NCBI GenBank assembly: GCA_015233405.1
Contig: JADFXT010000022.1
Location: 1 to 24,823 of the forward strand
Direction: 5' to 3'
DNA from: Candidatus Omnitrophota bacterium
Lineage (GTDB): Bacteria; Omnitrophota; Gorgyraeia; Zapsychrales; Zapsychraceae
Length of the DNA: 24,823 nucleotides
Shown here: positions 1-8,202 of the stretch, in pieces
Position numbering within the stretch: the first letter of the stretch is position 1
Layout of the letters: every line of letters begins with the position of its first letter
Made by a program: the position numbers and the translations under genes
Notes under the pieces: generated by a model
The model's input: only the letters and a program-made list of their open reading frames with translations
The model's database searches: none
Told to the model about the DNA's origin: nothing

Positions 1-150
1 TGCGGCGCGGATACGGTCGACGTAATAGACCCGGCAGAGCATAAAATTTTTGAGGAAACGCTTGAAAAAAGGCTTACGGAGAACCAGTTATCGGTCATTA
101 TTGCCCGTCGGCCATGTATTTTAATCGTGCATAAGGCTAAATCATCATGA
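1..150 (+). CDS. iorA: Indolepyruvate:ferredoxin oxidoreductase alpha subunit, 3'-terminal fragment (gene begins upstream of the window)
   Basis: Frame 1 is open from the window edge to a TGA at 148-150 (…AVIDPAEHKIFEETLEKRLTENQLSVIIARRPCILIVHKAKSS*). The stop overlaps the iorB ATG (ATGA), the usual iorA-iorB coupling. Identity is inferred mainly from position upstream of iorB. Confidence 0.45.
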   Translation, partial: CGADTVDVIDPAEHKIFEETLEKRLTENQLSVIIARRPCILIVHKAKSS

Positions 151-638
151 AGGATCAAAAACCTTTATCAATTGTTTTTTATGGCATCGGAGGACAGGGC
201 GTCTTAAAGGCCGCTGAGGTCTTGGGCTGGGCGGCTTTGTTTGCCGGTTATCATGTTAAAAAAACTGAGGTCCATGGTATGTCCCAGCGCGGAGGCTCGG
301 TTGAATCGTATATCCGTTTTGGCAAACGCGTTTATTCTCCGTTACCGGAAGAACAGGGCGTGGACATCCTTGTTTGTCTGCATGAAGAAGAGTATGAGCG
401 GCTGAAACATCAGCTTAAAAAAGGAGGCAAGGATTTATTTTCTTATCTTGCCGAAGCCCATCAATCCGTCGGGGAACAGAAGATTTTCTTAAATACGTTT
501 ATGCTCGGAGTATTATCTGCATTTTTACCGATTAAGATAGATGACTGGCTTAAAGCGCTACAGCATGTTTTTAAACGTGCAGAGGAGGAAAATAAAAACT
601 TTTTTCTTAAAGGACGACAAAAGGGAGAAGCAAAATGA
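147..638 (+). CDS. iorB: Indolepyruvate/2-oxoacid:ferredoxin oxidoreductase beta (gamma-type) subunit
   Basis: 163-aa ORF; the N-terminus IVFYGIGGQGVLKAAEVLGWAA…VHGMSQRGGSVESYIRFG is the conserved GGQG…EVHGM(A/S)QRGG signature of IorB/OFOR gamma subunits. Its stop overlaps the paaK start (ATGA at 635-638). Confidence 0.8.
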   Translation: MKDQKPLSIVFYGIGGQGVLKAAEVLGWAALFAGYHVKKTEVHGMSQRGGSVESYIRFGKRVYSPLPEEQGVDILVCLHEEEYERLKHQLKKGGKDLFSYLAEAHQSVGEQKIFLNTFMLGVLSAFLPIKIDDWLKALQHVFKRAEEENKNFFLKGRQKGEAK

Positions 639-1936
639 TCTTTAACGAAAAAATGGAATGTTTAGATGCGCAAGCATTAAAAACGGTTCAATCCGAAAGG
701 CTTGTTAACACGGTTTCGTATTTGCATAAGAATTCCCCTTTTTATCAGAAACGGTTCGCCGAATTCGGTGTTTCGCCGAAAGATATCAAATCCATTGATG
801 ATATCGTCAAGCTTCCATTTACGATCAAGGATGATTTGCGCGACACGTATCCATTCGGCCTTCTCTCCAAACCGTTACGTGAGATCAGAGAAGTCCACGT
901 TTCCAGCGGGACGACAGGGAATCCAACCACCGTCGGATACTCCAAAGAAGATATTGATTTATGGTCTGAAGTTATCGCCCGAAGCCTTTGTTGCGGCGGG
1001 GCAGTGCCCGGAGATATGATTCAGATTGCTTATGGGTATGGGTTATTTACCGGAGGGCTGGGGCTTCATTACGGAAGTCTTTTATTGGGCTTGACCATTA
1101 TTCCTTGTTCGTCGGGGCAAACGAAACGGCAGCTTAAAATTTTGCAGGATTTTAAACCCAGGATTCTGGCATGTACGCCGTCGTATTCGCTCTATATGGC
1201 AGAAACGGCGCACGAGATGGGGATTGATACTAAGAAGATCAGTTGGGACATCGGCATCTTCGGCGCGGAACCATGGAGCGAGGCGATGCGTAAAGAGATT
1301 GAGTCCAACTGGAATCTGCAGGCCTTGGATATTTATGGGTTGTCAGAGATCATCGGCCCTGGGGTTGCGAACGAATGCCAGCATAAAACGGGGCTGCATG
1401 TCCAGGCCGACGTCTTTTATCCTGAAGTCATTGACCCAAAGACCAATAAGCCGGCTGCGCCTGGTGCTTCCGGAGAGCTTGTTTTAACTCCCATCACCAA
1501 AACCGGCATGCCGTTGATTCGCTATAGGACCAGGGACATCGTGACCTTGACCTATGACAAATGCCGCTGCGGCCGCACCACGCCGAGAATCAGTAAAATT
1601 TTGGGCCGCACTGATGACATGATCATTGTCCGCGGCATCAATGTTTTTCCGTCTCAGATCGAAGAAGTGCTGTTAAATATTGAAGGGACACAGCCGCATT
1701 ATCAGATCATTGTGGACCGTCAAAAAGGCGGGCTTGATGACCTTGAGGTCTTGGTCGAGCTTCAAGAGTCATTTTTCTCCGACGAGGTCAAGCAACTTCA
1801 GCATTTTGAACAGCGGATCGCCAAGGAAATTGAATCTGTTTTAAGCGTTGGGGTTAAAGTCCGGTTGGTGGAACCAAAAACCATCGAACGCAGTGAAGGC
1901 AAGGCCAAGCGCGTTATTGATAAAAGAACTCTTTGA
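635..1936 (+). CDS. paaK: Phenylacetate-CoA ligase (AMP-forming)
   Basis: 433 aa. AMP-binding motif VSSGTTGNPTTVGYSKEDIDLW, YGLSE, and the C-terminal PaaK block (RTDDMIIVRGINVFPSQIEEVL). The iorAB-paaK arrangement is classic. Confidence 0.9.
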   Translation: MIFNEKMECLDAQALKTVQSERLVNTVSYLHKNSPFYQKRFAEFGVSPKDIKSIDDIVKLPFTIKDDLRDTYPFGLLSKPLREIREVHVSSGTTGNPTTVGYSKEDIDLWSEVIARSLCCGGAVPGDMIQIAYGYGLFTGGLGLHYGSLLLGLTIIPCSSGQTKRQLKILQDFKPRILACTPSYSLYMAETAHEMGIDTKKISWDIGIFGAEPWSEAMRKEIESNWNLQALDIYGLSEIIGPGVANECQHKTGLHVQADVFYPEVIDPKTNKPAAPGASGELVLTPITKTGMPLIRYRTRDIVTLTYDKCRCGRTTPRISKILGRTDDMIIVRGINVFPSQIEEVLLNIEGTQPHYQIIVDRQKGGLDDLEVLVELQESFFSDEVKQLQHFEQRIAKEIESVLSVGVKVRLVEPKTIERSEGKAKRVIDKRTL

Positions 1937-1938
1937 CC

Positions 1939-1959
1939 TGTCCACACCCGGTGTGGACA
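1939..1959. promoter_or_regulatory. Hairpin/inverted repeat TGTCCACAC-CCG-GTGTGGACA (9-bp stem, 3-nt loop) just after the paaK stop
   Basis: Perfect 9-bp inverted repeat seen directly at 1939-1959, followed by TTGGTAATCTTT (weak U-tract) and then the RBS of the ACT gene. Could be an attenuator/partial terminator or an operator. Confidence 0.3.
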
Positions 1960-1986
1960 TTGGTAATCTTTAAAAAGGGAGAGAAT

Positions 1987-2418
1987 ATGAAAATTACACA
2001 GATTTCCGTTTTTCTCGAGAATAAAAAAGGGCGGTTATATGATGCCGCAGAAGCTTTAGGCAAAGCAAATATTGATATCAAAGCCTTGACCATTGCCGAG
2101 AACGAAGACTTTGGGGTTTTAAGGATGATCGTTAACAAGCCCGATGAGGCGGTTAAGACTCTTAAGGCTGCCGGATTGGTCGCGACCATTACCGACATCG
2201 TTGCCGTCGAGGTTAATGATGCCCCTGGCGGGTTGGCCAATGTGCTTAAGGTCCTTATCAAAGACGACATCAACGTGGAGTATATGTATGCGTTCGTCGA
2301 GAAATCGCAGGACAAGGCCATTGTGGTCTTTCGTTTTGATGATCCGGACAAGGCGATCGCCAGCCTGACTAAGAATAAAATTCGTATTATTGGAAAAAAA
2401 GACATTCAAATTTTCTAG
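1987..2418 (+). CDS. ACT-domain protein (small regulatory-domain protein typically encoded next to paaK)
   Basis: MKITQISVFLENKKGRLYDAAEALGKANIDIKAL… has an ACT-like beta-alpha-beta-beta-alpha-beta layout. AGGGAG RBS lies 6-8 nt before the ATG at 1987. The ORF-track start at 1933 overlaps the hairpin and lacks an RBS, so 1987 is preferred. Confidence 0.75.
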   Translation: MKITQISVFLENKKGRLYDAAEALGKANIDIKALTIAENEDFGVLRMIVNKPDEAVKTLKAAGLVATITDIVAVEVNDAPGGLANVLKVLIKDDINVEYMYAFVEKSQDKAIVVFRFDDPDKAIASLTKNKIRIIGKKDIQIF

Positions 2419-2430
2419 GGAGATAAAACT

Positions 2431-2820
2431 ATGTCGGAGAATTTTGCATTTAATGATCAATTTGCTCCTCATTTGGGGATGGAATATTTAGACGTCAAAG
2501 ATGGTTATTCCAAGGTGAAGTTAAAGGTGCAAGACCATTTTCTAAATGGGGCGGGGACTGTTCATGGCGGAGTGATTTTCTCATTAGCGGATTATGCTTT
2601 TGCTTTAGCGGCTAATACCAGCGGGGAAATGGGCTTAGCGATTCACGGAGACATTAATTTTATCAAGCCCGGCATGCCCGGTGATGAATTGATTGCTGAA
2701 GTCAAATTGGATTCCCGCAGCCGTCGACTCGGAAATTACAGCGGCACCATTTCTAACCAGAATAAAGAACCCCTGGCCTATTTTCACGCCATTGCCTATT
2801 TTAAAAAACCTAAAAAGTAA
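2431..2820 (+). CDS. paaI: PaaI/PaaD-type hotdog-fold acyl-CoA thioesterase
   Basis: 129 aa. GTVHGGVIFSLADYAFALAAN matches the 4HBT/PaaI hotdog thioesterase core. GGGAG RBS upstream. Sits in the paa context. Confidence 0.75.
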   Translation: MSENFAFNDQFAPHLGMEYLDVKDGYSKVKLKVQDHFLNGAGTVHGGVIFSLADYAFALAANTSGEMGLAIHGDINFIKPGMPGDELIAEVKLDSRSRRLGNYSGTISNQNKEPLAYFHAIAYFKKPKK

Positions 2821-2845
2821 TAGAAAAAATTTTGGAGCTTTTTTA

Positions 2846-3379
2846 ATGGATATAGAAGAATTGTGGAATAAGGCTCTGAAACATACGGAAATTATCCGCT
2901 CCCGGATTCAGGCACTTAAGGTGTTTTCTGAAACGCATGTGCCGTATATTTTACTGTCGGAATCTACCATTAATGTAGGGGACACCGTCGTTCGTAAGGG
3001 AGAGGTCGTCGTGGAAAAGCCGTCCTTGCTTGTCCCGCCGCATAATCCGATGTTCGAGGGGTTTGATTTTGACGGCGAGGAAAAATTTAATGAGAATAAT
3101 TTTATTAATTTTCTTCTGATTCGAGGGATTACCTTGCCATCCTTAAAATATGATAATAAAATCCATACGCTGGAGGTGCATGAAGGCAAGTTGTCCGATA
3201 CGATAAAATATTTTGAGAAGGGCTTGCAGCAAAAAGAGGATGTCCAGACGGGGCTGATTGCCGGACCTGAAGATTGCTGGCAGTTTTCTTTGCTGATTTT
3301 TATTTTCTCCCAGATTGTCCGCGATGCGGATAATGATATTCGTAAACTTTTGGAGAAACATCACAAAACCGATGAGTGA
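2846..3379 (+). CDS. Hypothetical protein (178 aa), no recognised family
   Basis: ATG at 2846 with a GGAG RBS (2835-2838). The longer ORF-track version (2693..) would overlap paaI in another frame and is rejected. No motif recognised. Confidence 0.5.
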   Translation: MDIEELWNKALKHTEIIRSRIQALKVFSETHVPYILLSESTINVGDTVVRKGEVVVEKPSLLVPPHNPMFEGFDFDGEEKFNENNFINFLLIRGITLPSLKYDNKIHTLEVHEGKLSDTIKYFEKGLQQKEDVQTGLIAGPEDCWQFSLLIFIFSQIVRDADNDIRKLLEKHHKTDE

Positions 3380-3399
3380 TTCTTAGAAAAGGAAATAAT

Positions 3400-5991
3400 A
3401 TGCGAAAAAGTTTTAGCGGTATTTTATTTGTATCTTTGATATTTTTTATTTGCGGGTACAGTTTTGCCGCTGAGGTGCAGTCCTCAAAACAGATTTTGGA
3501 TAATGGCCTGACCGTTTTGATTAGTGAGATCCCGACGAGTCCGGTCGTGAGCGTGTTTGGTTTAGTCAAAACAGGGGCAGCGACCGAAGGCCGATTCTTA
3601 GGTTCCGGTATTTCGCATTTGGTCGAGCACATGCTTTTTAAAGGGACACAAAACAGAAAAGCCGGTGAGATCGCCTCCGCAATCCAAGCCGTCGGAGGGA
3701 CCATTAATGCCTCAACGGACAAAGACTATACCATATATACTATTACCGTTCCGTATCAGAAATTTGATGTGGCATTGGATATTTTGGCGGATATGCTGCA
3801 AAACGCCTCATTCAACGTCGAGGAATTCAAGAAAGAAAAAGAAGTCATTCTGTCTGAGATCCGTATGCATGGCGATGATCCGGACAGGAAATTAAATGAC
3901 TTGGTATTCGAGAATGATTATGTTCGGCATCCTTACCGTATTCCGACGATCGGTTATGAGCAGCTGTTTTCTTCTCTAAAGCAGGGCAACGCAACGAAAT
4001 ATTATCGAATGATGTACGTTCCCAATAATATGGTTATTTCAATCGCTGGACATGTGGATAGCCAAGAGGTTTCTTCAAAAGTCGCAAATCAGTTTAAAGG
4101 GTTTTTACGGAAGTTCGACGTCGTGCGCAATCTTCCCCAAGAGCCTCAGCAAATAGCCCCGCGGTATTATGAAGAACAATACCCCACACCGCTGGCGCGG
4201 TTTTCCATGACGTTTCAGGGCGTGAATATTCTCCATGAAGATTTGTATGCGCTTGATGTGCTCGCGTCCATTTTAGGCGAAGGAGAAAGCTCAAGGCTCT
4301 TTTTAAATGTCTATAAGAAAAAGCAGCTTGTCTATTCTATCTCGGCGTATGATTACACGCCCATGGACCAGGGTTATTTTGGTGTGGATGCTGTTTTGGA
4401 AGAAAAAAATATTCCTGCGGCCATCGACGCCATTTGGGAGGAAATCAAAGAAATTCAGGCCAAAGGCGTCTTAGCCCCGGACATGGAAAAGGCCAAGAAA
4501 CAGGTTTTGGCGAAATACATTATGGGGCGGCAAACGGCTGATCAAGTCGCTTACACCCAGGCTATCGACGAGGCCTTTAGCGGCGATTATCGTTTTTCCG
4601 AAAAATATGCCAAAGCCGTCCAGGATATCAAGGCGGAAGATATTAAGCGAGTCGCACAGCGGTATTTAAAAGACAGCCGTCTGACAACGGTTGTTTTAAA
4701 ACCAAAGAAAGAAGCCCCTGTTGCTGTTTTAGGAGAAAAAAAGGCTGCCAGTGAACCGGCTATCCAGAAAGTCCAGTTCAGTAACGGCGTTACGGTTCTT
4801 ATCAGGGAAAACCATGCGTTTCCCGTCGTGTCTATGGATGTAGTGATGCAGGCCGGAACGCTTCAAGAGCCAGAGGCGCTTAATGGAATATCCAATTTGA
4901 CGGCGTTGATGTTGACTCAAGGAACGACGTCCAAAAACGCGCAAAAGATCGCCGGGATTATTGATTCTTTAGGGATGAGCTTGTCGGGATTTTCAGGAAG
5001 AAATAGTTTTGGGGTCACAATGGAATGTCTCTCTGCGGATTTTAAGCCGGCCTTGGATTTGTTGGAAGATGTAGTTAAGAATCCCTCATTCCCCGATGAT
5101 GAGCTTTTAAAAAATAAGGAAACGGTCAAGGCGGACATTAAATTAAAAGAAGACAGTATTTCGCAGATGACCGGGCAGGCTTTAAGACAGACGCTTTTTG
5201 TCAAACATCCGCTACGGTTTGATATCGAAGGGACCATTCCATCAATCGATAAAATGACAAGGAAGGATATCGTCGGATTTTATGACCAGTTTGCCGTTGG
5301 CGCTAATATGGTCGTATCTGTTTTTGGTGATATCAATGCGCAAGATGTTTTAAAGGACCTTCAAAAAAGGTTTGGGAATATAAGCTCTAAGAAAGTGGAA
5401 TTAAAAAGTTTTACTGAAGAGCCGCCGACCAAGGAGCGCGAAAAAGCCCTGACTATGAAAAAAGAACAGGCGATGTTCATGCTTGGGTTTCAAGGACCAG
5501 GGTTTCATGACCAGGACAAATATGCATTAGAGGTCTTAACCGGGATCTTAGGTTCATCGTTTGACGGACGGATGTTCCGGAATATCCGCGACCAATTAGG
5601 CAAGGCCTATTCGTTAGGTGGCAGTTATACTCCTGGTCCGGATATGGGATTTATTTATTTTTATGTTCTGACGACTGAGAAGGATATCTCTAAGGTAAAA
5701 GAATTGATGGCTGCTGAAATCAAGAACCTTCAGGACAAAGACGTTTCCGCCGAGGAGCTCAACGAGATAAAGACTTATTTGAAAGGGACCTTTGTGGCCG
5801 GATTGGAAACGAATGCGTCTTTGGGCCTTAAGGTCAGTTTGGATGAGCTTTATGGGTTAGGTTTTGGGGATTATCAAAATTATGCGAAGGCCATTGACCG
5901 GGTGACGGCGCAGGACATTCGCCGCTTGGCGTTACGATATCTGGATTTGAATAAAAGCGCTTTGGTCATTACGACTCCGTCGGCGCATTGA
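3400..5991 (+). CDS. Secreted tandem M16-family (pitrilysin/PqqL-like) zinc metallopeptidase; active N-terminal unit plus a second, probably non-catalytic M16 unit
   Basis: Signal peptide MRKSFSGILFVSLIFFICGYSFAAE. Inverzincin motif HLVEHMLFKGT (HxxEH) with downstream E-rich region. A second M16-like unit begins near residue 480 (HAFPVVSMDVVMQAGT…). RBS AAAAGGAAA before the ATG at 3400; the track's GTG start at 3376 is less likely. Confidence 0.85.
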   Translation: MRKSFSGILFVSLIFFICGYSFAAEVQSSKQILDNGLTVLISEIPTSPVVSVFGLVKTGAATEGRFLGSGISHLVEHMLFKGTQNRKAGEIASAIQAVGGTINASTDKDYTIYTITVPYQKFDVALDILADMLQNASFNVEEFKKEKEVILSEIRMHGDDPDRKLNDLVFENDYVRHPYRIPTIGYEQLFSSLKQGNATKYYRMMYVPNNMVISIAGHVDSQEVSSKVANQFKGFLRKFDVVRNLPQEPQQIAPRYYEEQYPTPLARFSMTFQGVNILHEDLYALDVLASILGEGESSRLFLNVYKKKQLVYSISAYDYTPMDQGYFGVDAVLEEKNIPAAIDAIWEEIKEIQAKGVLAPDMEKAKKQVLAKYIMGRQTADQVAYTQAIDEAFSGDYRFSEKYAKAVQDIKAEDIKRVAQRYLKDSRLTTVVLKPKKEAPVAVLGEKKAASEPAIQKVQFSNGVTVLIRENHAFPVVSMDVVMQAGTLQEPEALNGISNLTALMLTQGTTSKNAQKIAGIIDSLGMSLSGFSGRNSFGVTMECLSADFKPALDLLEDVVKNPSFPDDELLKNKETVKADIKLKEDSISQMTGQALRQTLFVKHPLRFDIEGTIPSIDKMTRKDIVGFYDQFAVGANMVVSVFGDINAQDVLKDLQKRFGNISSKKVELKSFTEEPPTKEREKALTMKKEQAMFMLGFQGPGFHDQDKYALEVLTGILGSSFDGRMFRNIRDQLGKAYSLGGSYTPGPDMGFIYFYVLTTEKDISKVKELMAAEIKNLQDKDVSAEELNEIKTYLKGTFVAGLETNASLGLKVSLDELYGLGFGDYQNYAKAIDRVTAQDIRRLALRYLDLNKSALVITTPSAH

Positions 5992-6078
5992 TCAGGGGCT
6001 TCGGGCATTATTTTAAAGACAAGGGATGGTTAGTTAAAATCCAGGTTTACAATCGGAATTTTAAATGATACATTATTG

Positions 6079-6096
6079 TACTAATATTAATTAGTA
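6079..6096. promoter_or_regulatory. 18-bp palindrome TACTAAT-ATTA-ATTAGTA inside the AT-rich promoter region of the ATPase gene
   Basis: Seen directly. It overlaps a TATTATAAA -10-like element about 20 nt upstream of the RBS GAAGGA (6110-6115). Candidate operator. Confidence 0.3.
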
Positions 6097-6116
6097 TTAT
6101 AAAAAAAGATGAAGGA

Positions 6117-7478
6117 ATGAAAACAACCAGATTTTTTGAATTAGAAGAAGTTTTGGTCGACCGTTTGCTGGGGCATATGGCTCTTCTTCAGCCCCAATCG
6201 GAAAGAGAAGACTTAGTCGAGCTCGCCTTGATAAAGTTGCTAAAAGAAGGCGGATTTGAAGACCTGCAAAGCGATCTGGCGGATGATTTTCACCGCAAAA
6301 CCTTTATCCGAAAATTTCTTTCTTACGGGATTGTGGCGGATGTCTTATGTGATGTTTTTGTGGAAGATTTGACGGTCAACAATTTAAAGCCGATCTATAT
6401 TCATCATAGCCAAAAGGGATTTATATCGACGGGGAAGAGTTTTTCCAGCCAAAGGGAAATGAACCTTTTTATCAAGAAGCTTTTGTTGTTCTCCGGCCGC
6501 AGCAAGTTTTCTAAGATCATGAATTTGGAGTTGCCGAATTTGGAAGGCCGCGTCAATATCGCCCTTTCAGCCTTTGGCCCACAGGTCACTATCACCAAAG
6601 CCAAGGTTTCCCCGTTAAGCATTATCGACCTTATCCGGCAGAAGAGTTTGACGCATGAAGTCGCCGCGCAGTTATGGATTTATATTGAAGGGTTATCTAT
6701 CCGGCCTGCGAACATTATTCTCGCCGGAGGGCCTGGCGTCGGAAAAACAACGCTACTCAATGCCTTGTTTAGTTTTATTCCGACTTCGGACCGCATGGTC
6801 ATTATTGAAGATACGCTAGAGTTAAATACATTTTTAGATGACAGTTGCTCGCGTCTTGAGAGCGATGAAGATGTGTCGTTGGCTGATTTGGTAAAAAACA
6901 GTTTGCGTATGCGTCCGGAACGCATTATCGTCGGTGAAGTCCGTGGTGCCGAGGCCAGAGACATGATCACGGCTTGTAACGTCGGAAAATATTGCATGGG
7001 GACCATTCACGCTTTGACATCTCGAGAAGCCATTATGCGTCTACAGAATGAGCCGATGAATATCCCGGAAATGTTGATCAATTTGATCGATGTCTTTATC
7101 GTTTTAAAAAGATACCATGTCAAAGACAGAGTTTTTAGAGTCATTGATGAAATCAGCGAAACAAATGCCATGGAGAATGTCAAAATTTTGCTGTCAACCG
7201 TCTATAAATATGATTACGACACTATGAATGTTAGGATGATAAATCCCAGCACCATTTATCGTGATAAATTATGCCAGCAATCCGGAATGACGCCGGTGGA
7301 AATTATCAAAGAGCATAAGCTGCGGACTTTTCTTTTAAAACAGCTGGACGAGCGAAATATTATTACGATGAAAGAGATCAGCGCTTTTTGCCAGGCGTAT
7401 CATCGTGAGCCGCAGCAGACCGTTGCGGCATTAGGATTTGACCGTAACGATCTTTGGAAAAGGATCACTGTCGGGTAA
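6117..7478 (+). CDS. Type II/IV secretion-system family ATPase (CpaF/TadA-VirB11-FlaI-like) with N-terminal domain and ~100-aa C-terminal extension
   Basis: Walker A LAGGPGVGKTTLLNAL. The family-specific Walker B/Asp box is MVIIEDTLEL, and the His box is RIIVGEVRGAEARDMITACNVGKYCMGTIHA. No pilin, platform (TadB/C, GspF) or secretin genes are anywhere in the window. Confidence 0.8.
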   Translation: MKTTRFFELEEVLVDRLLGHMALLQPQSEREDLVELALIKLLKEGGFEDLQSDLADDFHRKTFIRKFLSYGIVADVLCDVFVEDLTVNNLKPIYIHHSQKGFISTGKSFSSQREMNLFIKKLLLFSGRSKFSKIMNLELPNLEGRVNIALSAFGPQVTITKAKVSPLSIIDLIRQKSLTHEVAAQLWIYIEGLSIRPANIILAGGPGVGKTTLLNALFSFIPTSDRMVIIEDTLELNTFLDDSCSRLESDEDVSLADLVKNSLRMRPERIIVGEVRGAEARDMITACNVGKYCMGTIHALTSREAIMRLQNEPMNIPEMLINLIDVFIVLKRYHVKDRVFRVIDEISETNAMENVKILLSTVYKYDYDTMNVRMINPSTIYRDKLCQQSGMTPVEIIKEHKLRTFLLKQLDERNIITMKEISAFCQAYHREPQQTVAALGFDRNDLWKRITVG

Positions 7479-7563
7479 TATTGCTTATCGTTGGAACAGT
7501 TTTAATGGACGGCGGGAAATTTTAATGGTATAAATGTTGTTTCATTTTGCGCCTGGTAGCGAG

Positions 7564-7640
7564 CCTTGGTTGTTTTTCCAAGGCGAAGTCCTGACGAATT
7601 TTGTCAGGACTCAACGAGGCCTGGCGATTTTTGCCAGGAC
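7564..7640. repeat. Array of three tandem hairpins with 7-8-nt T-rich loops
   Basis: Seen directly: CCTTGG-TTGTTTTT-CCAAGG (7564-7583), GTCCTGAC-GAATTTT-GTCAGGAC (7588-7610) and GCCTGGC-GATTTTT-GCCAGG (7619-7638). Units 2 and 3 are about 85% identical. No U-tract follows the stems, so these are not classic terminators. Confidence 0.4.
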
Positions 7641-7771
7641 GAAGTCTCAGCGCGAAGCGATGGGATTGGATAGTTGAAAATAAATGTATTTTGGCGCCCG
7701 TCCCGCGACTCGCTTGCGCTCGCGTGGGACAACGGCGCATATTTTTCTGGAAAAAATTTTAGTTGTAATAT

Positions 7772-7845
7772 GCGCCCGTAGCTCAATTGGATAGAGCATC
7801 AGCCTACGGAGCTGAGGGTTACAAGTTCGAATCTTGTCGGGCGCG
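7772..7845 (+). tRNA. tRNA-Arg(ACG)
   Basis: Manual cloverleaf: acceptor GCGCCCG/CGGGCGC, D-arm GCTC-AATTGGATA-GAGC, anticodon stem TCAGC/GCTGA with loop CTACGGA (anticodon ACG, G37), T-arm ACAAG-TTCGAAT-CTTGT, discriminator G. No encoded CCA. Confidence 0.85.
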
Positions 7846-7847
7846 TT

Positions 7848-8052
7848 TGCCGAGGACGAAATGTCCGAAGGCATGGTTGAGCATTAGCGAAATCATAATC
7901 ACCACAACGGTTTTCCGTTGAAAGCTGAAAATGATTGGCTCCAAGTTTGTCCGGGAAATCCTGCGAAGTGTAAGCGAAGCAGGATCGGGCGTTAACAAGT
8001 TCTCCCGTTTTTCTTGAAAGAATGAAAAGGAAACGGGATTTCGCCTTCGGCT
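7848..8052 (+). other. 205-bp highly structured non-coding spacer between tRNA-Arg and a copy of its 3' end
   Basis: Several local hairpins: GGAC-GAAAT-GTCC, AACGG-TTTTC-CGTT, CCTGC…GCAGG and GCC-TTCG-GGC. No ORF. Identity unknown; SRP/6S/RNase P signatures were looked for and not found convincingly. Confidence 0.3.
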
Positions 8053-8074
8053 CAAGAATCATGTCGGGCGCGTT
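8053..8074 (+). repeat. Degenerate direct duplicate of the tRNA-Arg 3' end (T-loop 3' half plus acceptor 3' strand)
   Basis: CAAGAATCATGTCGGGCGCGTT versus tRNA CAAGTTCGAATCTTGTCGGGCGCGTT (7822-7847): 18/19 identity over GAATC(T/A)TGTCGGGCGCGTT. Immediately followed by a perfect 10-bp-stem hairpin GAAATTCTGC-TGGG-GCAGAATTTC (8075-8098). Confidence 0.5.
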
Positions 8075-8202
8075 GAAATTCTGCTGGGGCAGAATTTCGG
8101 AGCAATCGAAAATTAAGAATTGAGATTAGACAAAAGAATTTCTCGATTGCGGCCAATTTTCGATTATTGATTTTCAAAGAACCTGCCTTTACGTTTTTCT
8201 AA

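Noticed and set aside
1914-2472. Minus-strand ORFs 1914..2405 and 2119..2472 (163 and 117 aa), plus other antisense ORFs inside large genes (e.g. 3300..3722, 4917..5237, 6680..7006, 19304..19711, 20063..20389, 22260..22571)
   Set aside because: They fully overlap confidently assigned + strand genes (ACT gene, M16 peptidase, ATPase, tex, dnaX). They have low-complexity S/L/R-rich translations and no RBS, so they are shadow ORFs.
2693-2845. Extended N-terminus of the 228-aa ORF overlapping paaI
   Set aside because: It would overlap the paaI coding region by 128 nt in another frame. An internal ATG at 2846 with a GGAG RBS gives a non-overlapping gene.
7848-8052. SRP RNA, 6S RNA, RNase P RNA or tmRNA identity for the structured spacer after tRNA-Arg
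   Set aside because: No convincing match to the conserved SRP domain IV, RNase P P4, or tmRNA tRNA-like ends when read by eye. The length and structure do not fit 6S. Left unassigned.
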